Below are positions 1 through 12,751 of a stretch of 64,000 nucleotides of DNA, one piece after another. Both the position numbers and the translations under genes were made by a program. The stretch comes from Eledone cirrhosa (Eukaryota). The notes below the pieces were generated by a model that saw only the letters and a program-made list of their open reading frames with translations, had not been told where the DNA came from and did not search any database. The stretch is taken from contig OZ024742.1 of the NCBI GenBank assembly GCA_964016885.1, positions 104,966,001 to 105,030,000 of the forward strand. Reading direction: 5' to 3'. Every line of letters begins with the position of its first letter. The first letter of the stretch is position 1.

Positions 1-764
1 AGGCTGTAAAGTTTGAAGTAGTTTTCCATAGATGTTATCATTACCACTGATTTTGAATAAAATGTCCATGTTTGGAGACCTATCTGTCTGCTTTTCAATC
101 TCTCTGTTTAGATATCTATCTATCTTCATCTCACCTGTCTATACACTTAAGCATCAAAACCTAAATCAACAACAAAATGTCTGTTGTGTTATACTATTTT
201 TATGCTTTGCCATTTTAATATATTATTTTCTCACATTTCTATACACACCTTATAACTGCATCAACTAGAACATCCACATCCCTAGAAACAGGGAGATGGT
301 AATGTCACTGGGGTGATATTCTTCACCACAAGTATAATATTAATGAAAATTATTGTGTACAGTGCTCAAGTGCACTACAACATATCAGAGGTGCATGTTA
401 GGCAATAATTGACCAAAAAATGGTAAGTGTGCATCTGTGACAATTATACAGGTTTACTTCATTGCCCACATTCAAGACATGACCTTCATTCTGATCCCAA
501 GGTGAATTTTAAGCTCTTTCAAAATGGTGAGATTTCTTTATTTCCTCCTTAGCAAAGGTGGAAAGGGTAGTGTCCTTTTACGGCCTCTGAGAGGGCACGA
601 GAAAATTATCCTCAAACCAGGGACCTGAACAAAATGCTTACAACTGAGTGGACTCTGCTAAACACTTGCAAGAATTAGAAGGTAGAATTAAACTCAGTGA
701 TATGTTAAGTCATATTGAGGCAAGGTTGTTCAGGTGTCTATGGTTTACCCATGCATTCTTGATT

Positions 765-1030
765 TTCTGTTTCTGGATGCCCCTCTTAAGACCTAACTTC
801 CTAACCTGCACTGGCATCTTTTCTTATGACACCAGTACAAACACATTACAGGATGAACAGGGTGCTTTTTGTCATGGTATCAGCACGACCACCATACAAA
901 GCAGACTGGGTACTTTTTGATACAGTACCAGCATGACATCCTTACAGAGTAGACTGGGTGTTTTTTTTGTTTTTTTTTTTGTGGCACCAGTACGATCACA
1001 TGACAGGGTGGACTGGGTCTTTTTTGTTGT
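765..1030 (-). mobile_element. Decayed retroposon 3'-tail fragment with ~5 diverged copies of the ~48-bp module
   Basis: CTGGATGCCC motif followed by repeated 'tacag.gtggactgggtgctttt..tgtggcaccag' units, the reverse complement of the tail module seen at 12230-12370 and 61850-61950. Confidence 0.65.
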
Positions 1031-1869
1031 GCCTGCCACACAGAGAGAGACAGATGGTTATAGCAATAGATAGAAGACAGATTTAGAAATTGAACAAATG
1101 AGTAAATGTTTTGTTGAACGTAAAATGAAATGTAAACTAATAGACTGACATATGGGCAGACAGGAACATCTACAAATTGGTATTTGTTACCTTCAAGAAT
1201 CCTATAGTACAGTTAAAACAATCATTACTCTTTATTTCTACACTGCTTTATACACTGTGAGATTGATAAATTGCTTGGTTACATTGCAGTACTGGAATTA
1301 ATTTAATGCAAATTAGGTTTTGATGTGTTTTTAGACAGAATTTGATTTAATCAGACATTATGGAAACTAAATTTGTAGTACGCGACATAGAGCAAGAAGT
1401 AAACTGAAACAAGCAGAGATTCTGATGTGATTTCAATATGTTTTAACCCTTTCATTATCAACCTGCTCAAAACTACTTCTGGTTCAATGAAACAAAACCT
1501 CTAATTTTCCTAAATTACAAGCAATTCTAAATTAGCTGCTACAATTGTTTTTATCAAATATTACAATGATTCCTATAGCTCACACCTTACAAAATGTGTA
1601 TCACCCAATGTACCCACCATCCCATCATTATCCTTATTCTTTTGTACGTACACACACACATACACACATATACATATATATATAATTCAATAACACCAAG
1701 GATTAGTATTATTAGTATTTATTTTTACATCGCTACAGGCATTTCAATGTGGCTAGAGTATGTCACCAATCTCTGCTACTATGACTGTTTGCTACTGAAG
1801 AACAATTGTAAAAAAGTGCATTGAGTTTAACTCATCTTACTAATAGTACACTATAACCTCATATATTAC

Positions 1870-1920
<51 letters not shown>

Positions 1921-1925
<5 letters not shown>

Positions 1926-2112
1926 AACAAGTATGACCCCAACGGCAGAGCTCAAGCCATTTCGACGGCTAATTCTGTCCAGAATTAGCCGTCAAAACAG
2001 CTTGAGCTCTGCCTTCGGGGTCACACTTGTCCCTATTACCCACTCTACTACCTTAAGTATTGAGTACTTTGGTGCGTTATGGTCCATCTGGTTCCTTACC
2101 ACATTTCCTTCG

Positions 2113-2113
<1 letters not shown>
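1921..2113. mobile_element. (TA)n-embedded hairpin element, copy 1 (probably Penelope-like-derived)
   Basis: 57-bp inverted arms 1921-1977/1980-2036 (50/57 matches), then a tail shared with 4851-4926; (TA)n on both sides. Confidence 0.7.
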
Positions 2114-2159
<46 letters not shown>

Positions 2160-3534
2160 TAACAGATTAAAGTTTAAGCAAAGAATCGCTGTTTTCACCC
2201 TTAACGGGATCTTCTGAAACTAACAAGTATATATATATAATACTAACTTTAATGCATTGAAATCACAGTGAGCTCAAGCAGTTAGTTGATGAGAAAGATG
2301 TGTTCGTGTTTTTCCATTGTCTGTCCATGTTGTGTACTCTGGTTTTGAATTATTATTTTATACATGTGTGTGTTTCTGTGTGTGTGTGTTTCTGTGTGTG
2401 TGTGTTTCTGTGTGTGTGTGTGTGTGTATTCATAGAGAGAGATGTAGTGGCCAACAGTAACAGCATAAGCCAGTCAATGAAAGTTTGTCATGTACTCTCC
2501 ATTTGTCCATTTAGTCTCCTCTCCGATATGTAGAACCCCAGGTGTATGCCACCTCATGGACCCAGTAGACAAAATAGAGAAAATGATGCCTCAACCTTTT
2601 GATTCCAAGCTAAATACTACTCTCATTCACTGGACTGCAAAACTCTGAAATTCCATTGCTGTTCTAATATTTGTATTTCTTCTTCTAAATACCAACCTTA
2701 GTAGCTCAGGTTGAATATCAACCACGTTAATAACTGGTTCAGAATAGGTACACTATATCCCTGTATATCATGAGAAGAGATTAAAAAGGTTGTTGTCAGC
2801 TGTAAAGCCTAAAAAGGAAGTGCAGAAACTGCAATTCGCTCTGTTCCCTCTTTTGAAGCTAAACTATTAAAAAATAAAATATGCATTACAATATCAATTA
2901 TTTTTAATCATAAAAATTTATTAAATTTTTATCATCCAAGTTTACTATAATGGACAATAATTTCCCCAATAATGTTGATGAATATTTTGTACCATTATTT
3001 TTTGTCTATTAATGGCGGTATTACAGGAAATACATTCGCTTTTCTCATTTCCTTTTTATAAAAACCTTGATATAAAGAATAGGACATAGCAAAAGAAGGA
3101 CTTTTACTCTTCATTTATGAGTTAATAAATAGAATGAAAATTAAGGTTTCTCTGAATTTTATGATCATCGTATGAGAATGTGAATTAACTCTCATATATA
3201 TCCATCTTTCTAATCTTTTATAAAAGATGGGTGATAGGGAATTTTTTTTTTTTCATTTATATGGTAAATCACTGAAGACATGTAATTAATTTTGAACAAA
3301 AAGGTCATTTATAGGTTCATAAACTGTGAATAAAAAAAATTAAATTATCATTAATACTTTTTCCCTGTTTGAAACAAATTTTCTTCCTTATATGTATAGG
3401 TTCGTAAATACGATGTTAAATTTTCATGTCAATAATCATTAATATTGTAATTATATTGAATTTTTCCATCATCTGAAAATTTACTTTTCATTGATACACA
3501 AACTCCTCCCTCCACTCACTCTCTCTCTCTTTCG

Positions 3535-3572
<38 letters not shown>

Positions 3573-3840
3573 GTATATATATATATATATATAAACTTTA
3601 TAAGAAATTTCCTTTTATATATGTGTGTGTGAACATAAGACTGCTGTTGCTGCTGCATCAGTAGTCTATCTTTCTCTCTCTCTCACTCTCTCTCTGCATC
3701 TCTTCACCTGACCTTTCCCCTTTTTACTTTTTATTACCATACTTCTAATGAAAGACAATGTCTATGACTTTTAAATCATTTTGAAAATAATCAAGAATTT
3801 GGAGGAATTAAATAATATAAGTTCTTATTAATAAGCTTAA

Positions 3841-4150
3841 GAATGACAGAGTCATAAGTGCATTGGACAAATACTTTGCAGTAGTTGATCTGATTACTTG
3901 TGTTCTGAGTTCAAATCCTGCTGAGGTCAACTTTGCCTTTCAATCCTTTGAGGTCACTAAAATAAAATACCAGTCAAGTCCTTGAGTCGATATAATTGGC
4001 TTTTTTCTCCCCTAAATTGCTGGCCTTGTATCTAAATTAAAAATCATTCGTCGAGGTTAACTTTGCCTTTCATCCTTACGGGGTCGATAAAATAAAGTAC
4101 CAGTAATGTACTGGGTAATTGCTGGCCTTGTGCCAAAAATAGAAACAATT
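3841..4150 (+). mobile_element. SINE family A: old diverged copy followed by a younger 5'-truncated copy (4050-4150)
   Basis: B-box GAGTTCAAATCC, core 'gcctttcatccttacggggtcgataaaataaagtaccag', end 'gctggccttgtgcc..aatagaaacaatt'. Confidence 0.85.
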
Positions 4151-4539
4151 ATTAAGCTAGTGTTTAGTTTGTAACATAGATTCTTACATAAAATTATGTT
4201 AGGTTTTTTAGACAAATACTTTAAGACAAACAATTGGGGTTGATTTCAGGCAGTTTGGTACCAAAAGTGGTAAAGCCCTATCAAGTATGTATAGGGAAAC
4301 AGCTAAGTAATTCATGTTTCTTTTGTGTTTTGGTTAGTGTGAACTAATCCTGTGAATCTCTGATAACTGTAGATCTAGATTCCTGCCAATCTGACACAAG
4401 TCATATATGTGTGCATATATGTGTGTGTTTGTGTGTATGTGTGTAAGTGTGTGTGTGTATGTACGCATGTGTGTATGTGTGTGTGCTTGTATGTGTGTAT
4501 GTGTGTGTATGTGTGTATGTGCATTTGTGTATGTGTGTG

Positions 4540-4594
<55 letters not shown>

Positions 4595-4683
4595 CTCTAA
4601 ATATATGTAATGTGTGTTGTAAGAAGTGATTAAAAGAGTTGGTTTCAGGAAGAGCATCAATATGGAAAAGTTGATGTAAAATG

Positions 4684-4728
<45 letters not shown>

Positions 4729-4734
<6 letters not shown>

Positions 4735-4926
4735 AAAATTCAGGACCACAACAGCTGAGCTCTGGCTGTTTCAACAGTTAAATCCAAACAGTTCGGATCT
4801 AGCTGTCAAAATGGCCGGAGCTCAGCCGACTGGGTCCTGGATTCTTCATATTACCCACTCTACTACCCCAAGTATCGAGTACTCTGGTGAGTAATGGTCT
4901 AACTGGTTTTTACCGCCTTCATTCTG
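4729..4926. mobile_element. (TA)n-embedded hairpin element, copy 2
   Basis: ~61-bp imperfect inverted arms 4729-4789/4791-4851 plus tail 'ttacccactctactacc..aagtatcgagtact.tggtg' shared with copy 1; (TA)n on both sides. Confidence 0.7.
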
Positions 4927-4940
4927 ATATATATATATAT

Positions 4941-5283
4941 GGAGGCACATTGCTTAGTGGTTAGAGCATTGGCCTTGCAATCAAAAGGTTGTGAGTTCAA
5001 TTCTCAGACCGGGTGATGTGTTGTTTCCTTGAGCAAGACACTTTATTTCACATTGCTCCAGTTTACTGTAGAAATGAGATTATAGGGACTGGGGTTCATA
5101 TCATATCCAGTGCAAAGTGGTCGTGGAGGTGCCATGGCAAAAAAGCACCCAGCACTCACTGTAAATGAGGTTGGTGTTAGGAAGGGCATCCAGCTGTAGA
5201 AATCAAGCCAGAATCAGTTCCTGTCCCACCCTTACAAGCAGGGAAAAGTGGACGTAAAATGAAATGATGATGATGATGATGAT
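4941..5283 (+). mobile_element. SINE family B, full length (tRNA-like head, CORE-like segment, RTE-type (GAT)n tail)
   Basis: A box 'ttgcttagtggtt', B box 'gagttcaattct', 'ccttgagcaagacacttt', tail 'aggaagggcatccagctgtagaaa...ggacgtaaaatga(gat)n'; near-identical to 12048-12490. Confidence 0.9.
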
Positions 5284-6344
5284 ATAGACATTTAGTATTC
5301 GTCATGAGAATAAGTACTCAATACTATTGAAATTAATACATTTTATTTAGATTATGTCATTACACGATTATTTTGGTACTTTGTCTGTATATTCACTGTG
5401 TCATCAAACAAACTACTTGTCTGATGGCCCTATGAACACACTGGTGAAACTCCAGAGTAATAGGATACTGATAAACTTCATACATCGTCATCTAATGTCC
5501 ATGTGTCCATATATATACACAGAAATAGACAGACTTGTCTGTGTGTGTGTGCATGTGTGTGCATGCATATTTATGTGTGTGTGTTTGTAGCATGAAGTGT
5601 ATGTTTATTTAAAATCACTTTTATCTTACAATGTATATTTATTATTTGGCACCGACTAGATATATATGTCTCTCTTGACTGTAAAATTCCATGAGTACAT
5701 GTTGCATAATAATAATAATAATAATAATATATTATTATTATTATTATTATCATTCCTTCCCATCTCATCTCCCTAGGGGAGCTAAGATGGGGAGGAAGAC
5801 AAAGAAAAAATATATCTAAAATGGAAAAAAACTTCAAAAACAACACCACACATATGGATATAGATTATAAGTTATAAAATAAATAGTAATAAACTAAAAT
5901 AAATGTATTTTAAACTATACACAGCACACACACAAATAACAATAACACTAGTAACAACATAAAAAATAAGCTGTGGGTTGTAATAGTGAGTCAGTGTAGG
6001 AATGTTAAACCAGAATTATATATTTTCTGTCCTAATTTTCAACCTAACCTGGTATATAACCCACTACCCAATCCAAGCATTCAGAGTTGTCTCTACCTTT
6101 ATTTCGTATTTTATTTTCTCTCTCTTCCTCTCCCTCCCTTGTCAAGTGGGTTGATGAACTAGTTGTATTTGAACCATAAATAAATATCTAAGCTCATAAT
6201 GAGGCAATAGTGTCTCATATATCACCTACAACTGCACTTATACCTGCAATTAGTTTTGTATGCTTTTCTCTATATTCTGGAGCAGGGCAGCTTGCAATTT
6301 CATCAACACATCTTACAGTAACTTTCTACCATGTCAATGTGGAT

Positions 6345-6510
6345 GCAACATGGCTAAATGGTTAAGAGGTTCACTTCACAGCCATTAGGTCTCAGGTTTG
6401 ATTCCACTGCATGGCATCTTGGACAAGAGTCATTTATCATAGCCTTTGGTTGACCCTAGCTTGTGAATGAAATTGGGTAGATAGAAATTGTGGAAGTCCA
6501 TCAGATGGAT
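6345..6510 (+). mobile_element. tRNA-derived SINE family C, diverged
   Basis: 'gcaacatggctaaatggttaagag...ggtttgattccactgcatggcatcttggacaag...ttgggtagatagaaattgtggaagtcc'; relatives at 57028 (+), ~30460-30565 (-), ~53870-53970 (-). Confidence 0.7.
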
Positions 6511-6862
6511 TGCACCTACAATTCAAACGGCCTACTTTGACATACACACTGTGTCCTGCTGACTCTCCCTGTAAATTATCTTAAGGGTACATATGTTTGT
6601 GGAATGCTCAGCCACTTATATATTAATTTTATGGGTAGTATATTCTGGTGATCAAACAACTGGAACACTCAATGCTGAAACTGATGGGAGTCCATTCCAC
6701 ATTTCAATGTTTGAGTCAATAAGGGAACCTCTATGTGATCTTTCAACCCACTAAACATAGCAGCTAAATCTTGCTCAAATCACTTTCTGCTGTCTTAAAT
6801 AATATCAGTCCACATTGGATAATGTAATTTTATAGGCTATTAAAAACCTTTCTATTTCCATC

Positions 6863-7071
6863 ACTGTAGAAATGAGATGATAGGGACTGGGGTCCCTATC
6901 ATTCCACTGCAAAGTGGTCGTGGAGGTGCCACGGCAAAAAAGCACCCAGCACTCACTGTAAATGAGGTTGGTGTTAGGAAGGGCATCCAGCTGTAGAAAT
7001 CAAGCCAGAATCAGTTCCCGTCCCACCCTTGCAAGCAGGGAAAAGTGGACGTAAAATGATGATGATGATGA
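6863..7071 (+). mobile_element. SINE family B, 5'-truncated
   Basis: Near-identical to the 3' part of 4941-5283; ends in (GAT)n. Confidence 0.9.
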
Positions 7072-7384
7072 TATGACATTACAAAAATCAGAAGTTACAA
7101 AATCTTCTTTATTACTCAATACAAGAACATACAAGCCATCAAGGTAGGTCTAAAGATGGTTGTTTGACATGCTAAATTAGCAGTCAAATCTCCATAAAAT
7201 CTTCCAACATAATTTTCAAATTGCTAACACTGGCAGAGGAGATGACAAAGGAACACAATGAGTGGGGAGATGCCGTGCTGAGAAGGACCCGTCCAACCGA
7301 TGCAAACATGGAAAAACGGACGTAAAAACAATGATGATGATGATCAATGGTATGCTAAGTTACTATTTTAGTAAAGAAATAATA

Positions 7385-7600
7385 ATGATTTCTGTTATAG
7401 GCACAAGGCCACCAATCTTTTTTTTTGGGGGGGGGGAGGAGTCGACTAAAGCGACCCCAGTGCATTACTGGTGCTTTATTATATCAACCCCATAAAAATG
7501 AAAGCAAAGCTAATCTCGGCAAGATTTGAACTCAGAACGTAAAGGGCCGAAACTCTATACTGCAAAGCATGGTGTCTGATGCTCTACCGACACTGCTGAT
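7385..7600 (-). mobile_element. SINE family A, longer subtype
   Basis: Reverse complement of family A: 'aggcacaaggcc...cagtgcattactgg...gatttgaactcagaac...gctctaccgacactgc'. Confidence 0.85.
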
Positions 7601-8071
7601 AAATCCCTTGAAATTCTTCATTTATTAAATTTATTTAAATAGCATATATTTCATGAGAAATACAGTGATGAAAAGGTTAAATGGTTCCTATTTAAATTAA
7701 AATTTTCCAACAATTTTATATAAGAACCATATTAATTTTACTATCTTAGTAATGAAATAATTGATAATTTTAGTAAATCCATAAAATGTTTCATTCAATG
7801 ATTTAAATAGAGTGTATTTCATTACAAATGCAGAAAGGATTAATCTGATCCAAGGCCCCTCCTTTCAGAAAGATATGAATAAAGAGGAAATTCCAGGTCA
7901 AATTTCTGGGCAAGAAGGAATGGGAATAGTGGTTGGTTGGTGCCAGGTAAAAGAGGAGGTGATACTGATACAAATGATGGTGATTAGTGTGGGGAGGAAG
8001 GGTGTCAATACAAGGCATAATGGTTAGTGTGGGGGAAAATAGAGAGGGGAGGTGTTGTCACAAGGCATAGG

Positions 8072-8294
8072 TTAACCTTTAGCATTTACATTACTCTATA
8101 TTTACTATTGTATTTTCACGGTAAATACTTTATTTCACACAATTATCTCACATAATATATTGATATTATTGATATTATTTATTTTGAGAACAATACCTTA
8201 ACATCAGTATCAGCAGCCAGTTACAACTGGTTTGAACAGAAAGAGGTGAGAGATTTCTGGCCAGATATGGCCGGTTTAAATGCTAAAGGGTTAA
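8072..8294. mobile_element. piggyBac-like MITE
   Basis: TTAA at both ends, TIR CC(C)TTTAGCATTTA...TAAATGCTAAAGGG; three further copies in the window. Confidence 0.85.
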
Positions 8295-9769
8295 TGTGGG
8301 TCGAAAAGATGTGGAGGGAAGAGGTCAACAAAACAAAAGTAATGAGAGAGGGAGAGATGAGTTTCTCATGAGAAAGAAGAAAGGTCTAAAATCTATGCTG
8401 GACCCTTCAATGGAATTCTCAAATGAAGGATCCAGTAAAAGAGGCCTTTTTCAACAAACTAACTTATTCCACTTTGTAAATTTTCTTTTAGAATAGGTTC
8501 ACTGTATCCTTGCATTTTGTAAAGCTAACAGAGTTGGTATCAGGCCATGAAACATTGCTTTGGAAGGTTTAATTCAACCCATGCCAGCATGGAAAATTGG
8601 GTATAAAAATAACAATAATAATGATGATGAGGAGGAGGAGGAGGATAGGATACAGAGGTAATGATGATGAAGATGATGATGATGAGGGATGGGGGAGAAG
8701 GTGGAGAAGAATGCTGTTGCTGATGATTGCAGTAGTATTAAAAGTGGTTATGGTGGTGGTGGTGATGGTGATGATAGTGGTCATGGTGGTGACAGTGATG
8801 GTGGTCATGGTGATCATGGTGGTGGTGGTAGTGATAAAGATGCTTATGTTGTTGTTGTTTGGTTGTTTTGATATTACTCTTGTTCATTTTGCTTAATTAG
8901 TCAAAATTTTCTCTGAAGTTCATGAACTTCGTATGTGAATCATAAGCCCTAATGAAAATTTATGGCAGATCATAAAGTCAAACCTAAATTCAAGAACTTT
9001 TGACAGCAAACAATTTTCATTTGTGACAATTCTACTGAGAGAATATGGTATAAATATAAAAGAATACATTATTAAAAAATATAAATAAATAAATAAAAAG
9101 TTTGCTGACAGTATGAATAAAATAGGATTAAACTTTAATTTGAAGTTTTTCAAAATAATCACTGTCAGAAGCACTGATTATAAAATTTAGGGTATGAATA
9201 AACATAAATTCAATTTTTTCATTAATTCGAATACACGGAATGACAGCAGCCTGTCTGAGGAAGGTGAGGTGGCTGTTGCAGCAGATGTCACTGGCCATTG
9301 TCTACTACAATGCGTTTACCCTTTTGTCCGTGGGGCGCAGTCAAAACACCACTCTGACTTAGGTGTAGAGTCTGTCACTCTCTCTCCTTCCCTCTCTCTT
9401 TCTTTCGTTGCTTCATAATCCTTGCCCTTTCCCTCTTTTTCCTCTCATTTATAGTCTTTTGTAATGCCACTTTCTCTTTCTATATGTTTGACTAAATATT
9501 AAATTCTTTATTATTTTTATATAATTCAAAAATTTAGATTTTCCTATTAAAATTTAGTCAATTTATTCTAAAAAAAAATAATAAATGATTTGATTTGAGT
9601 GAGGACAATTATTTTTTGTGGGAAAAACAAAAAAAAATTTCCAAAAATTATTACTGATGTTCTATTTCTGGAAATTGACCACTTTGTATTATTTATTCAA
9701 ACATTCATTTAGTAATTTCAATGGTTTGACAATCATTTAAATAACAGTGAAAATTGAAATTCAGGCCCT

Positions 9770-10828
9770 TCTTCATCACCCTCTTATTCCTGAGAGGGTC
9801 ATGGGGGCAGAGTCCTCAAACACTCCTTCCAGCTAGTCCTGTCAGAAGCAAACATTTCCAACTGATCTGGTTGGTCCCCAAGCAAGACCAGCCAAGCTCA
9901 TGGATGCTATCCAGCCAACTTGCTCGAAGTCTACCCCTGGGTCTCCTGCCAGTTGGTTTACCAGTAAAATCTGTCCAGCAATTCTTTCCTGAGACATTCA
10001 AACCACATGCCCATAGAATCAGAGCTGTGATCTCTCAATTTGGAGAAGTAGCAGTGACTCTCTGATCTCTGAGCTATGCACCCTATCAAGTAATGGAGGA
10101 ACCCCATTTCGGCTGCTTTATTCATGGTCATAATGTTTTGATCATTATCCAAGATTCATGACCTTGGGTGAGCATTTTCACAAATACCGAATCGAAGATA
10201 GTGAGCTTGGTTTTTACCCATACCTCCCTTCTTCTGATTACCGAATGCTAAAGCTGGCTCATTACTGCACCAGCTCCTACAATTCTTGAACTTAATTCAG
10301 CCTCCTGCCTTCCATAAATTGTGAATACAGCTCCTAGATACTTAAACTTGTCCACCTGCTTCTGTGGAACATCTAGAGTGCACTGTGCAGGCTTCCTTGA
10401 GAGGACGAGTGTCTCAGTTTTTGCAGCACTGATTTTCCAGCCATGCAGCATTTGGCATCAAACCTAACAAGTGCATATCGGAGATCACCTTCTGTCAAGT
10501 TAAGTTATACCATGTCGTCTGCAAATTCCAGCCAACTGATTCTACAACTGCCAGTCATGATACCACTTCCAATTCGGCTGCACATGTCGATCCTGTTGAA
10601 AATAATTGTTTCTACGTTAGGCACAAGGCCAGCAATTATCCAGTGCATTACTGGTACTTTATTTTATCGACCCCGTAAGGATGAAAGGCAAAGTTAACCT
10701 TCGCGGGATTTGAACTCAGAAAGGCAAGGGCCATAACTCTATACGTCAAAGCATGGCGTCCGACCCTCTACCAATACTGCCAATCCATCGCCCTTGAAAA
10801 TAATGAGCAGTAGAGAAAACAGTACGGG
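9770..10828 (-). pseudogene. RTE-clade LINE reverse transcriptase 3' fragment, disrupted and interrupted by a SINE
   Basis: Minus-strand peptides LFSLLLIIFNRID, EFADDMV, ISAAKTETLVLSRK, QVDKFKYLG and GRRPRGRLRASWLDSI, with stops and frameshifts. Confidence 0.9.
10604..10793 (-). mobile_element. SINE family A, young full-length copy with 11-bp TSD
   Basis: TSD ttgaaaataat at 10596-10606 and 10794-10804; A and B boxes intact. Confidence 0.95.
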
Positions 10829-10977
10829 GTGCTTTTTGCAGGGCACCAGCACAACCACCTCACAGTGCAGACTGGGTGCTTTTTATCATGGCACCATTCC
10901 ACTGTGGGAGTAGAAGTATCAGATCATGAAGGTAGTTTGTAGAGATTGAGTGCGTCACATACATATATATTATTACA

Positions 10978-11179
10978 TACAAGAGTCAGCTGAAAAGTTC
11001 ATAGGCTGACGATGAAGGAGTGATGCTAGTGCTGTGAAATCTTGTATGTATTAATTCCAACTCTTCTTATTAATAACAGTATTGTTTCTTTCTAGCAACT
11101 ATGTTGGAAAATAAACCTCTTTTGATCATTCCATGAGAGTATCTTGGCCAGCATATGAACTTTTCAGCCGTCCTTTGAA
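10978..11179. mobile_element. Tc1/mariner-type MITE
   Basis: TIR 'tacaagagtcagctgaaaagttcataggctgac' / 'gccagcatatgaacttttcagccgtcctttg'; second copy at 21789-21990. Confidence 0.85.
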
Positions 11180-11739
11180 TATTCCTACAAACATAGAGAT
11201 CTGATACAGTCTATGCACTTTTAATATGACCTATTCAGGACATGCCAAGTTCCATTTCTTCCTTTGTCTTTCGGAGAATTCCAATATTTTATAAACAGTT
11301 TGATCTAAAGCAAAAATCAAAGAAAAATAAAAAGAAAAAAACCTTGTGCCATAGAAAAATCTTGTCTTGTTCTGTATTTGTCCATTTTGACAGGAAGCCA
11401 AGAACTGTAGTTTATTTACCTGTATCTCTTACACCCACCTCTTTCATATCAATCTTTCTCTCTTCCTCTCTCTCTCCCATCTATGTGTGTGTGCGGGGGG
11501 GGAGGGGGGTATATGTGTGTGTATGTGCGTAGGATGTGTATGTGGAGGGAGGTTGAATGCATTCATATGTGTGTGTGTGTGTGTTTGTGTGTGAATGTGT
11601 TTGCAAGTATTCATTTATATATGTGTCAATGTTTATATATTTTCATATATATATATATATATATATATGAGTATATGCATGTGCTGCATATGTGCTTTAG
11701 TGTATGCCTTTTTAACTGTAAGTATAACAAACACTCCTA

Positions 11740-11961
11740 TATGAGCGAGACATGGTCACCCCACCCAACTTGCCTCTGAATGGGACAAACCCATCAAACC
11801 CATGCTAACGTGGAAGATAGATGGTAATCGATGATGATGATGATATATATATATATCACCACTGTTTAACGTCCATTTTGCCATGTTAGCATGGGTTAAA
11901 TGAGTTGTCTTGTTGTGAGCAATGCCAGGTCAAGTGACCATGTCTTGCTCATACAGAACTG
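11740..11961. mobile_element. Two RTE-type 3'-tail fragments, tail-to-tail around (GAT)n/(TA)n
   Basis: + copy ends 'catgctaacgtggaagatagatggtaatc(gat)n'; - copy begins 'gtttaacgtccattttgccatgttagcatggg'. Confidence 0.75.
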
Positions 11962-12047
11962 ATATATATATATATTATAACAACAATAACAGTAAAGGTG
12001 GTGGTGGTGGTGGTGGAGGAGGAGGAGGAATATATATGTATACATAT

Positions 12048-12490
12048 GGAGGCACATGTCTTAGTGGTTAGAGCATTGGCCTTGCAATCGAAAGGTTATG
12101 AGTTCAATTCTCAGACCGGGTGATGTGTTGTTTCCTTGAGCAAGACACTTTATTTCACATTGCTCCAGTTTAGTCAGCTGTAGAAATGAGATGATAGGGA
12201 CTGGGGTCCATATCATTCCACTGCAAAGTGGTCGTGGAGGTGCCACGGCAAAAAAGCACCCATCACTCACTGTAAAGTGGACATGGAGGTGCCACGGCAA
12301 AAAAGCACCCAGCCCACACTGTAAAGTGGACATGGAGGTGCCACGGCAAAAAAGCACCCAGCACTCACTGTAAATGAGGTTGGTGTTAGGAAGGGCATCC
12401 AGCTGTAGAAATCAAGCCAGAACCAGTTCCCGTCCCACCCTTGCAAGCAGGGAAAAGTGGACGTAAAATGAAATGATGATGATGATGATG
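12048..12490 (+). mobile_element. SINE family B, full length, with the internal 49-bp module triplicated
   Basis: Matches 4941-5283, but 'tgccacggcaaaaaagcaccca' recurs at 12241, 12290 and 12339. Confidence 0.92.
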
Positions 12491-12751
12491 AATGATGACA
12501 TACATTCACCAACATATGTATGAATATGTAACTCCTGATGGAGATGTAGGAATGCCATCATGACATATATCATGTCTTTAACACTTTAAACCTGGAAATG
12601 TTGAAAAGCTGAGTTAGCCTCAGTAGGATTTGAACTGAGAGTGCAGGGAGTCAGAACAAATATTGCAATGTGTTCTATCTGATATTCTGACAACTGAGCC
12701 AATTTGTGCCTATGCACATATATATATACATTTATTATTTATACTCATATA

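Noticed and set aside
2180-2225. Minus-strand hammerhead-like string CAGAAGA-TCCC-gttaa-GGGT-GAAAAC
   Set aside because: The core lacks the invariant U4 and no convincing helix I or III is visible; at best a decayed remnant.
4334-4660. YI/HT/CV-repeat ORFs here and at ~14.7, 25.7, 32.9, 37.2, 43.8, 46.4, 51.7, 56.7 and 58.2 kb
   Set aside because: These are translations of (TA)n/(CA)n/(GA)n microsatellites with no coding signal.
4941-5012. tRNA gene
   Set aside because: The A and B boxes run directly into a SINE body repeated elsewhere in the window; the same applies to the family A, C and D heads.
8569-8896. Gly/Asp-rich or hydrophobic ORFs
   Set aside because: Degenerate (GAT)n/(GGT)n low-complexity sequence following a retroposon tail.
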